Translations under genes and position numbers: made by a program | Source of the DNA: Candidatus Omnitrophota bacterium | Lineage (GTDB): Bacteria > Omnitrophota > Omnitrophia > Omnitrophales > JACQLI01 | Direction: 5' to 3' | NCBI GenBank assembly: GCA_016179745.1 | Contig: JACPCP010000022.1 | Span: 3,536 to 67,535 of the forward strand | DNA: 64,000 bases | Shown here: positions 17,911-25,007 of the stretch, one piece after another | Position numbering within the stretch: the first letter of the stretch is position 1 | Layout: the number at the start of each line of letters is the position of its first letter | Notes under the pieces: model-generated | The model's database searches: none | Told to the model about the DNA's origin: nothing | The model's input: only the letters and a program-made list of their open reading frames with translations

Positions 17911-18921
17911 CTAATTCTCATCCTCCTGCGCCTTAACGGAATCAAGGAAACGAAGTTCGTAGAGGCCGGAAAGATCCGCATCGTTTCTCCCGAGGTATCC
18001 GACGATGGAGGCGTGCCGGGCCGACTCCAGGACCTGAGACTCCATCGGGTCTGAAGTGTAGGTGATCCGTTCGAAGCTGTGTTCTAGATAGTCGGGGGGA
18101 AGCGGTTTGCCGGTTTCGCGCTTCAATTCTTCATTGAAAATCCGTTTCGCTTCGGTGGTATGATCGTTTACCCAATGGATGATTTCCACGTGGCCCTCCA
18201 CCCACCTTTCGACCCAATCCGGATGTCGCTCGGCGAAGCGCCTTCTTACGACAAGGAGAGTTGTCGCATATTTTGCATCCGGCCAAAGCTCTCCCTCTTC
18301 GAAGAGGATCTTTCCGTTCGCCTCCGAAACGAGGCGGGAGACCCACGGCTCCACCGTCCAGGCGGCGTCAATTTGTTCTTTCGCAAAGGCGGTGATTTGA
18401 TCGCCTCCGGCGATATTAAAAATCTCGACATCGCCTCCCTGAGAACGGGGCTTCAAACCCTTCTCTTTCATCCGATAGATCAGGGAAACATCCTGTGTGT
18501 TCCCCTTCTGAGGCGTTGAAACCCTGCGGCCGCGAATGTCTTCAAAACGCTCAATGTTCGTTCCTTGCCGCACCACGAACGCTGCACCGCCCGACGCCAC
18601 TCCGGCAATCACCCGTAGCGCATCGCCCTTTGAACGAATGAATCCGTTCACCGCAGGGTTGGGCCCCACATAGAGAATGTCGATGGCGCCGGCAAAAAGC
18701 GCCTCAATCGCTTCCGGCCCGGCGTTGAAAACGCTCCATTTGATGGGCGTCGTCTCCTTAAATTTCTCTTCAAAGTGCTGCTTCGCTCTCGCCACCAAAA
18801 CAGGGGCATGCGTCACGTTCGGGAAATGTCCAACCCGGATTTTTTCCATATCGGCGTCAAGCCGCCCTGTCAGGCCCGATAAAATCGCAAGCGTTAGGCT
18901 TAAGATCTTTTTCAGTCTCAT
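17911..18921 (-). CDS. ABC substrate-binding protein, NMT1/SsuA-like
   Basis: 336 aa with a signal peptide and NMT1/THI5-SsuA-like periplasmic binding protein features (IRVGHFPNVTHAPVLVA). Confidence 0.7.
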   Translation of the reverse strand: MRLKKILSLTLAILSGLTGRLDADMEKIRVGHFPNVTHAPVLVARAKQHFEEKFKETTPIKWSVFNAGPEAIEALFAGAIDILYVGPNPAVNGFIRSKGDALRVIAGVASGGAAFVVRQGTNIERFEDIRGRRVSTPQKGNTQDVSLIYRMKEKGLKPRSQGGDVEIFNIAGGDQITAFAKEQIDAAWTVEPWVSRLVSEANGKILFEEGELWPDAKYATTLLVVRRRFAERHPDWVERWVEGHVEIIHWVNDHTTEAKRIFNEELKRETGKPLPPDYLEHSFERITYTSDPMESQVLESARHASIVGYLGRNDADLSGLYELRFLDSVKAQEDEN

Positions 18922-18924
18922 GGA

Positions 18925-19380
18925 TTAAATGTAATACATCGGATGTGAGTTTTCCGAATGGCAGAGCTCACGGGATTTTTCGCAGATATCTGCCAAGGTT
19001 TTTTTGTCCACGATCTCGGCAATGGCATTCCGGACCTCCAGCAGGCAGGCGAAGAGCCCGGCGTGAGGGTCTTTTTTCTGAATCCTTTTCTCAATTTCCA
19101 AAGCTGTCCCGAAAGGGGCGATCGGACCTTCAATCACCCGAATGATTTCTCCTAGCGTTATTTCCTCAGGCCGGCGGGCCAGGGTGTAGCCTCCTTGTTT
19201 GCCCTTCGTGCTTTCCACCAGGCCGCTTCGCTTTAAAACCATCATGATCTGTTCCAGAAATTTAACGGGAAGTCTCTCTCGCTCCGAAATTTCTCTGAGA
19301 GAGAGCGACTTCTGCGGATAATTCGCCGAAAGCCTCAAAAGCGCCCGGAGTGCGTATTCGCCTTTCTTCGTTAGTTTCAT
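18925..19380 (-). CDS. Rrf2-family transcriptional regulator
   Basis: 151 aa. MKLTKKGEYALRALLRLS ... LREISERERLPVKFLEQIMMVLKRSGLVESTKGKQGGYTLAR is a canonical Rrf2 winged HTH. Confidence 0.85.
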   Translation of the reverse strand: MKLTKKGEYALRALLRLSANYPQKSLSLREISERERLPVKFLEQIMMVLKRSGLVESTKGKQGGYTLARRPEEITLGEIIRVIEGPIAPFGTALEIEKRIQKKDPHAGLFACLLEVRNAIAEIVDKKTLADICEKSRELCHSENSHPMYYI

Positions 19381-19393
19381 CGAGAGTTCTTAT

Positions 19394-19447
19394 CCTATAA
19401 AGTCTATAGGGTTAGTAGGATTATAACCGATACTCTTACCCTGTCAA
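19394..19447 (-). promoter_or_regulatory. Sigma-70-type promoter plus dyad operator upstream of the Rrf2 gene
   Basis: Minus strand reads TTGACA-16 nt-TATAAT (19447-19420). It is followed by the dyad CCTATA-gactt-TATAGG (19410-19394) between the -10 box and the ATG at 19380. Confidence 0.55.
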
Positions 19448-19460
19448 GGGGTTGCACGAT

Positions 19461-20222
19461 TTAAATCTGGCTAAAGTTAGTGAGCTCGATCTCAAACCGG
19501 GCGAGTTCCTGCCGTAACCGCCGGTCGCTAAAGAGCTTCAATTCCTTCTCCCGGGCTTCCCTCATCGAGCTTATTTGACGAAGTTGCCGGTCACAGAAGC
19601 CGGGATGGCAGGCAATTTCACTTGTTCCCAGGGGGAGATTGCGGAGAACTGAGAAAAGGGGATCCTTCTGCCAGTAGGAGGTGGCGTCCAGGCTCCCAAA
19701 TAAATAATCTGTCGTCTTGGGAAGGAACGCCTGCCCCCTTTCGGGGGACAGGCAAATGAGTGACCGGCGGACCGGGAGCTTCCACCGCCTGGCCAATTGA
19801 GAGAGCGCCTGAAAAAAAAGCGGGTCATCGTGGAGGTGGTGGTGGGTATCCAGATGGTCGGGCGGTTTCCTAAAGCGTTTTTCAAAAAGCCGGATTTGCG
19901 CTTCGTATTCCCGAATCACCTCACCCAAGGCCGGTTTTTTCTCCCCATAATCAAACGGCCTTCTAAAATTCCCTTCCGGCTTCAAAAGGGATCGGATTTT
20001 CCCGGGGGGGCTGACGGGTTTTCCCAACGTGATGTTTAAGTGAAGGCCGACGCCGAGCCGGTTTCTTCTCGAGGCCTGCCGCACCAGCGCAAGCTCCAAG
20101 GGAAGGTTGATCAGGACCGTCGTGCTCGTCACCATGCCCTGATCGTGGGCCTTTAGAATTCCCCGGGTGACACCCGGGGTCAGATTGAAATCGTCGGCGT
20201 TGACAATAAGACGGCGCTTCAC
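19461..20222 (-). CDS. YdjC/ChbG-family carbohydrate deacetylase-like protein
   Basis: LIVNADDFNLTPGVTRGILKAHDQGMVTSTTVLIN is the YdjC N-terminal motif. Start set at GTG 20222 (VKRRLIVNADDF), right after the acpS stop. The longer ORF-track N-terminus overlaps acpS. Confidence 0.7.
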   Translation of the reverse strand: MKRRLIVNADDFNLTPGVTRGILKAHDQGMVTSTTVLINLPLELALVRQASRRNRLGVGLHLNITLGKPVSPPGKIRSLLKPEGNFRRPFDYGEKKPALGEVIREYEAQIRLFEKRFRKPPDHLDTHHHLHDDPLFFQALSQLARRWKLPVRRSLICLSPERGQAFLPKTTDYLFGSLDATSYWQKDPLFSVLRNLPLGTSEIACHPGFCDRQLRQISSMREAREKELKLFSDRRLRQELARFEIELTNFSQI

Positions 20223-20226
20223 AGGA

Positions 20227-20607
20227 TCAGCCGAAGAAAAAAAGGACGAAGGAGACGGCGTGGGCCCGTTCGTGCGCCATCGAAAGCTCAATCCGGGCCC
20301 CGGGGGGAAGCCCAAAGCGTTGGGCGCTTTCAGGGCTGAGGTGGATTTCGGGTTTCCCGGTAGAACGGCGGCGGACCTCGATCTCCCTGAAGCGGAACCG
20401 GTTTTTCGCACGGATTTCCATCGCCTTCATCATCGCCTCTTTGGCGGCAAAGCGGGCGGCGTAATGCTCAAACTTGTATCGCTTTCCTTCGCAGTAGGTT
20501 CGCTCCCCGGGGGTGAAAATCCGGTCGAGAAACCGGTCACCGTGGCGGCAGACAATTTCCTCGAAGCGTTTGACACTGACAATGTCAATGCCCTGGCGGA
20601 TCTGCAT
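20227..20607 (-). CDS. acpS: Holo-[acyl-carrier-protein] synthase
   Basis: 126 aa from MQIRQGIDIVSVKRFE. Contains FTPGERTYC and AARFAAKEA. Confidence 0.85.
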   Translation of the reverse strand: MQIRQGIDIVSVKRFEEIVCRHGDRFLDRIFTPGERTYCEGKRYKFEHYAARFAAKEAMMKAMEIRAKNRFRFREIEVRRRSTGKPEIHLSPESAQRFGLPPGARIELSMAHERAHAVSFVLFFFG

Positions 20608-20615
20608 CGGAAGGG

Positions 20616-20909
20616 TCAGGAACGGACGACCACGAAAAAGAGAACAGCGATCAGGAGAAGAGAAAGAATGTAGAAGTTGTTGAAACGCCAGAAATCCCGG
20701 ACCCGGGCATACCAAGGAATGGAAAGATTGGCCTTCTGGCCGGGATGGAGTTCCTGCCTGAGGTTGAGGACCTCCTCTTTGCGGTAACGAAGGTAGGTCC
20801 CGCCGATCTTGTATGCGTGGAGCCTTCCTTTGGTGACAAATTGGTCCAGGTCTTTTTCTTCGACCTCGAGGAACTGTTTCACTTCCTCGGGTGAAAGCAG
20901 ATTATTCAC
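20616..20909 (-). CDS. Excisionase-type HTH protein with C-terminal TM anchor
   Basis: 97 aa. The N-terminal HTH_17-like segment (LSPEEVKQFLEVEEKDLDQFVTKGRLHAYKIGGTYLRYRKEEV) is followed by a hydrophobic helix (FYILSLLLIAVLFFVVV). Confidence 0.5.
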   Translation of the reverse strand: MNNLLSPEEVKQFLEVEEKDLDQFVTKGRLHAYKIGGTYLRYRKEEVLNLRQELHPGQKANLSIPWYARVRDFWRFNNFYILSLLLIAVLFFVVVRS

Positions 20910-20951
20910 AGAGGATGATCTTCGTTCTTAAACGTCCGATGGAATGAGGTG

Positions 20952-21482
20952 TCAGCCCGAAACCCGCTCTTGCTGGATCCAGCGGTCGATGGCTGACTTT
21001 TTAAAAATCCACTCGCCGCTTTCCTGCTGCCCCGGGATCTTCCGCTCCCGGGCCCATCCCTCCACCACCTGGGCCTCGACTTCCAGATACTGGGCCACGT
21101 CCCTCAAGGTCAGGTTAACATCGGGGACATCGCCCTCCCGGACTCCCAGCATCCGCACCTGGCCTTCGAGAAGCGAACCTTCGGCAATGCTCAGAGAAGG
21201 GGTGGAAATGTTTCCCTCCACAACCGCCGGCGCCACGAGAGAAAGGCTGTGTGTGGCCGTCACATCGCCTTTTACCTTGCCGGCCACCACAATCCGGTCG
21301 CCGTGGATCGCCGCCCTCACCTTGGCATTTTCTCCGATGGTCAGGTTGCCCCGAGTGTCCAATTTTCCCTCGAAACTGCCGTTGATGCGGAGATTCACCG
21401 GGTCTTTGAAGGCAATGGTCCCCTGCATGCTTGCATCAACGTCCAGAATTTTTTCCTCGATCTCTTCCTTTTTTTTGGCCAT
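20952..21482 (-). CDS. Bactofilin-domain protein fused to C-terminal excisionase-type HTH
   Basis: 176 aa. Bactofilin-like beta-helix repeats (GTIAFKDPVNLRINGSFEGKLDTRGNLTIGENAKVRAAIHGDRIVVAGKVKGDVTATHSLSLVAPAVVEGNIS) are followed by LTLRDVAQYLEVEAQVVEGWARERKIPGQQESGEWIFKKSAIDRWI. Confidence 0.65.
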   Translation of the reverse strand: MAKKKEEIEEKILDVDASMQGTIAFKDPVNLRINGSFEGKLDTRGNLTIGENAKVRAAIHGDRIVVAGKVKGDVTATHSLSLVAPAVVEGNISTPSLSIAEGSLLEGQVRMLGVREGDVPDVNLTLRDVAQYLEVEAQVVEGWARERKIPGQQESGEWIFKKSAIDRWIQQERVSG

Positions 21483-21659
21483 GGAGGCCTCCGATTTTTC
21501 CGGTTTGTGAAACGGACGTTAAGGTAGCACGGCCTCCCCCGCCTTGTCAAATGACGTCACCCGGCAGGGCCACTCCTGGCCCGGACCTTCTGCTTGTTGC
21601 GGGCTCAACGATGTGTTAGATTCTGTCGCCTGAACCGGGTCTGATCCAGGAAGCTCCCA

Positions 21660-22772
21660 ATGCCGACAAAACGCCGTTACTTTCTTTTTCTCATCCTTAC
21701 GGTCACCCTGACAACTCTTTTTCTGGCAGAAAGCTGCATCCGTCTCTTTTCCGAAGCAGGCTATATCACGCCGGAAATCCTGAAGAAAAACTCGCTTCAA
21801 TACGTCCCGGCCCCTTTTTCGAAATTTGCCCTGGCCCCCCAGGAACAGGAGGTCGTCAATTCCCTGGGCGCAAAAATTCACATCAATGCCAGGGGATACC
21901 GGGGAAGGGACTTTGAAATCCCGAAATCGAAGGGCCGGGTCCGGATTGTGTTTTACGGGGGCTCTTCGACTTTTGATATCGCCGCCTCAGAAGGCCAGGA
22001 TTGGCCCCGGCGGGTTGAGGCCCGGCTCAAAGAGATGGGGTTTTCGCATGTCGAAGTGATCAATGCGGGGGTCCCCGGCTACAGCACCTTTGACGCCTTC
22101 GGAAGTCTCTTTGCCGAAGGCCACCTCCTGGATCCTGATTTCGTGATCCTTTACGACACGTGGAATGACATTAAATACTTTGGCCATCCAGAGTCTTTGC
22201 TGAGACAATATCGACCTTACAACGACCGGGACAATCCCCTCTTGGAATATCAGAACCTCATCGACCGTCTCCTGTGTGAGCTTTCACAACTTTACGTTCG
22301 ACTCCGATACCGCTATTTTCTCTGGAAATACCCTTTCGGTCTGGAAGGTAAAAAGGCGGCGAGCGGGACAATCTCCGAAATCGCCCAGACCGCCCTCCGG
22401 CAATACCAGTTGAATTTAGAAATGTTCGTCGACCTGGCACGAAACATCGGGGCTGTCCCGGTTCTGATGACCGAGGCCCGCCTCGCTGATTCGCACAGTC
22501 CCGAAACCCAAAAAGAAAAAATCCATTTTGAGTATCACACGCTGACACCGGACTCTGTCTTTGAGGCCTTCCGGAAAAGTGATGAGATCATTTTTCGGGT
22601 CGCTGGGAAGAAAAATATCCCCTGGATCGATGCCTCCCGGCAAATGACCGGTCACGAGGACTTCTTCATCGATGAGGTGCACCTTTCCCAAAAGGGTTCG
22701 GGAGAGCTTGCCCATCTGACCGCCGAGGCCCTGGCCCCGCTTCTAAAACAAAAAGAGACCCTCAGAACCTGA
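21660..22772 (+). CDS. SGNH/GDSL-like hydrolase with N-terminal membrane anchor
   Basis: 370 aa with SGNH-like blocks (RIVFYGGSSTFD, VINAGVPGYS, VILYDTWNDI, FIDEVHLSQKG). Confidence 0.6.
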   Translation: MPTKRRYFLFLILTVTLTTLFLAESCIRLFSEAGYITPEILKKNSLQYVPAPFSKFALAPQEQEVVNSLGAKIHINARGYRGRDFEIPKSKGRVRIVFYGGSSTFDIAASEGQDWPRRVEARLKEMGFSHVEVINAGVPGYSTFDAFGSLFAEGHLLDPDFVILYDTWNDIKYFGHPESLLRQYRPYNDRDNPLLEYQNLIDRLLCELSQLYVRLRYRYFLWKYPFGLEGKKAASGTISEIAQTALRQYQLNLEMFVDLARNIGAVPVLMTEARLADSHSPETQKEKIHFEYHTLTPDSVFEAFRKSDEIIFRVAGKKNIPWIDASRQMTGHEDFFIDEVHLSQKGSGELAHLTAEALAPLLKQKETLRT

Positions 22773-22800
22773 ATCGAATTTGAAAAGGAGGCCCCCGACC

Positions 22801-23316
22801 ATGGCGAAAGAAGAAATTAAAATCGGCGGCACAGCGCCTGATTTCTCCCTCAAGGATGAGAAGGAATCGGTAGTCCATTTGAGCGATTTCAAAGGCCGGT
22901 GGGTCGTGTTCTATTTCTACCCCAAAGACAACACGCCGGGATGCACAATCGAGGCCCATGCCTTCACAAAATTCCTCAAGGAGTTCACAAAACAGAATGC
23001 CGTCATCCTGGGCGTGAGCCCGGATTCGTGCGGAAGTCACGTCAAATTCATCGGGGAACAAGGACTCAAGATCAGGCTCCTGAGTGATCCGGACCACAAG
23101 GTCCTTGAAACCTACGGCGCCTGGCAGCTCAAAGAGAATTACGGGAAGAAGTATTGGGGGGTCGTGAGGAGCACGGTCTTGATCGATCCGGAGGGGCGGA
23201 TCGCCCATCTCTGGAAGACCGTCCGGGCGGACGGTCACGCTGAGGCCGTCCTGGAAAAATTAAGGGAATTTCTGCGTCAAGAGAAGCTTGCACAAAATCA
23301 GGACGACGGTCTCTGA
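22801..23316 (+). CDS. bcp: Thiol peroxidase Bcp (peroxiredoxin)
   Basis: APDFSLKDEKESVVHLSDFKGRWVVFYFYPKDNTPGCT. ATG at 22801 is preceded by AAAGGAGG 9 nt upstream. The ORF-track start at 22780 is a TTG inside the RBS. Confidence 0.85.
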   Translation: MAKEEIKIGGTAPDFSLKDEKESVVHLSDFKGRWVVFYFYPKDNTPGCTIEAHAFTKFLKEFTKQNAVILGVSPDSCGSHVKFIGEQGLKIRLLSDPDHKVLETYGAWQLKENYGKKYWGVVRSTVLIDPEGRIAHLWKTVRADGHAEAVLEKLREFLRQEKLAQNQDDGL

Positions 23317-23828
23317 ATCTCCAAGATCACATTTTCGGCCGGAAAGAGATAGGTCCAGAATCGTTCGTAAGTATCCGGAAAACGGTTGGCCAGATATCTA
23401 ATCCCGCACGCGCGAAAGGTTTTGTAAAACGTGATTTCCTGCAACAACACTTTGAAATCGATTCCTTTTAATAGTTCCGTAAACATAAAGTAGGAATAAA
23501 AAAGTTTATGTTCCGGTTCGGAATAGGCAACGCGGCAGGAAAAATGAGGGGTTTCAATGTAGGCGGTGCCGCCAGGTTTTAGGACCCGGCGGATTTCTTT
23601 GAGAAAGCTTCTTGGATTGTCCAAATGCTCAATGATGTGCTTCGCATAGATTTTATCGATGCTGCCTTCTTCGATCGGATACGGATAAAGGTTGAGGTCA
23701 TGCAGAATGTCCGCCTGGCTCTGCGGATTAATATCAATGCCAATCGCATCCGGCATTTTGTTGGCAGCGCAGCCAATATCCAGAACTCGCATGGGTGTCT
23801 GTCGTGCAGCCTTGAGTGACTTATCCAT
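23298..23828 (-). CDS. Class I SAM-dependent methyltransferase
   Basis: VLDIGCAANK (degenerate motif I), HIIEHLDNPRSFLKEIRRVLKPGGTAYIETP. Start uncertain (MDKSL at 23828 or MRVLDIGC at 23792). The longer ORF-track N-terminus runs through a structured RNA-like region. Confidence 0.7.
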   Translation of the reverse strand: MDKSLKAARQTPMRVLDIGCAANKMPDAIGIDINPQSQADILHDLNLYPYPIEEGSIDKIYAKHIIEHLDNPRSFLKEIRRVLKPGGTAYIETPHFSCRVAYSEPEHKLFYSYFMFTELLKGIDFKVLLQEITFYKTFRACGIRYLANRFPDTYERFWTYLFPAENVILEIQRPSS

Positions 23829-23837
23829 TTTTGAATG

Positions 23838-24010
23838 AGTGCGTCCCCGACGGGATTCGGCTCCTCCGCCCCGATAACCGTCCGCCAAGAACCCTGGCGG
23901 ACATCGGGGCTCCGGTAGGCCAGCCGCAGCCTCGTAGGAAGTCGGCGCTCCTTCAAAGTCGCGCCTCCTTCTTAAGGGCTCGGCTGCTCCCTTCGAATCC
24001 CGTCTTCGTC
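23838..24010 (-). ncRNA. Candidate structured RNA or tRNA-derived element of unknown class
   Basis: On the minus strand, 5' GACGGGATTCG (24004-23994) is the exact complement of 3' CGAATCCCGTC (23859-23849). Nested hairpins include CCCCGAT-GTCCGCCA-gggttct-TGGCGGAC-ggtt-ATCGGGG, GGCGC-...-GCGCC and AAGGG-...-CCCTT. The 3' end is identical to the tRNA-Glu 3' end. Confidence 0.3.
23840..23859 (-). repeat. 20-bp exact direct repeat of the tRNA-Glu 3' end (partner at 24050-24069)
   Basis: TGCGTCCCCGACGGGATTCG occurs at both positions on the plus strand, 210 bp apart. Confidence 0.9.
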
Positions 24011-24014
24011 AGAC

Positions 24015-24050
24015 AAAAATTCCAGATGGCAAATGCCCTCTGGAATTTTT
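24015..24050. terminator. Bidirectional intrinsic terminator-like hairpin after tRNA-Glu
   Basis: AAAAATTCCAGA-tggcaaatgccc-TCTGGAATTTTT is a perfect outer stem flanked by an A5 run and a T5 run. Confidence 0.6.
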
Positions 24051-24051
24051 G

Positions 24052-24120
24052 CGTCCCCGACGGGATTCGAACCCGTGTTGCCAGAATGAAAATCTGGTGT
24101 CCTAGGCCAGCCTAGACGAC
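24052..24120 (-). tRNA. tRNA-Glu (anticodon UUC) lacking a complementary 5' acceptor strand (possible truncated or pseudo-tRNA)
   Basis: The D-arm, anticodon arm (CCAGA-TTTTCAT-TCTGG), T-arm (ACGGG-TTCGAAT-CCCGT) and 3' acceptor CGGGGAC-G are intact. The six nt where GTCCCC is expected read TAAAAA. Confidence 0.6.
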
Positions 24121-24229
24121 TTTTTAAGGATCTTCGATTGAGTTGAGGTTCGTTTGTTCTCGACCGCTGGTTTTTTTGACCGGATTCTTCAACTCTTAAT
24201 TTTTCATTCTTAATTCTTAATTGTAGTTC

Positions 24230-24303
24230 TGAGCCCGGATGGATTCGAACCATCGACACCCGCCTTAAAAGGGCGGTGCTCTACCAGGCTGAGCTACGGG
24301 CCC
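24230..24303 (-). tRNA. tRNA-Lys (anticodon UUU)
   Basis: GGGCCCG-TA-GCTCAGCCTGGTAGAGC-A-CCGCC-CTTTTAA-GGCGG-...-GATGG-TTCGAAT-CCATC-CGGGCTC-A. Confidence 0.9.
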
Positions 24304-24322
24304 ACGTCTCGGATTATTTCAC
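24297..24322 (-). repeat. 26-bp exact direct repeat, copy A (covers the tRNA-Lys 5' end plus upstream sequence)
   Basis: CGGGCCCACGTCTCGGATTATTTCAC on the plus strand. The identical copy B is at 24393-24418. Confidence 0.9.
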
Positions 24323-24392
24323 CACTCTCACGTTCTGCGTGTGAGGAACTTTACTGCCCACTCCCCTTTGCTCAACCGTCCCCGATAGGGGG

Positions 24393-24418
24393 CGGGCCCA
24401 CGTCTCGGATTATTTCAC
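24393..24418 (-). repeat. 26-bp exact direct repeat, copy B (just downstream of the frr stop)
   Basis: Identical to 24297-24322, with a 96-bp offset. Confidence 0.9.
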
Positions 24419-24426
24419 GGACGGGA

Positions 24427-24999
24427 TTAAATGCTCTTGATCTCCTGCTCTTTTTTCGCCATCGCCTGATCGATCTCGGCGATCAACCGGTCTGTCAGCT
24501 TCTGCGCCTCTTTTTGGCCGTGGCGGGACTCGTCCTCGGAAATCTTCTTTGACTTCTCCAGGGCCTTGGCGGCCTCAATGGCCTCGTGACGGACATTTCG
24601 GATCCCGATCCGTCCCTCTTCAGCGACACGGCGGATCACCTTCGCCAGCTCGAGGCGCCTCTCCTCGGTCAAGGAGGGGATCTGAATCCGAATCACCTTT
24701 CCGTCATTCATCGGTGTCAGCCCCAGGTCGGACTTCAAAATTGATTTCTCGACTTCGCCCAGCAGGGAAACATCCCACGGCTGGATCTGAATCGTCCGGG
24801 GGTCCGGGATCGTAATCGTGGCAAGCCCCTTCAGATGCGTCGGGGTCCCGTAATAATCCACGGTCAGGCCCTCCACCAGGCCGATCGAGGCCCGGCTGGT
24901 CCTCACATCCTGAAACTCCTTCCGGGTCAGGGCCAGGGCCTTGTCCATTCTCCTCTGGCAATCGTCCAGGATTTTTCGAATTTCGGGCCGTTCTGCCAT
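24427..24999 (-). CDS. frr: Ribosome recycling factor
   Basis: 190 aa from MAERPEIRKILDDCQRRMDKAL. Contains VDYYGTPTHLKGLATI and LTEERRLELAK. The ORF-track N-terminal extension overlaps pyrH. Confidence 0.9.
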   Translation of the reverse strand: MAERPEIRKILDDCQRRMDKALALTRKEFQDVRTSRASIGLVEGLTVDYYGTPTHLKGLATITIPDPRTIQIQPWDVSLLGEVEKSILKSDLGLTPMNDGKVIRIQIPSLTEERRLELAKVIRRVAEEGRIGIRNVRHEAIEAAKALEKSKKISEDESRHGQKEAQKLTDRLIAEIDQAMAKKEQEIKSI

Positions 25000-25007
25000 T
25001 TGAGAGA

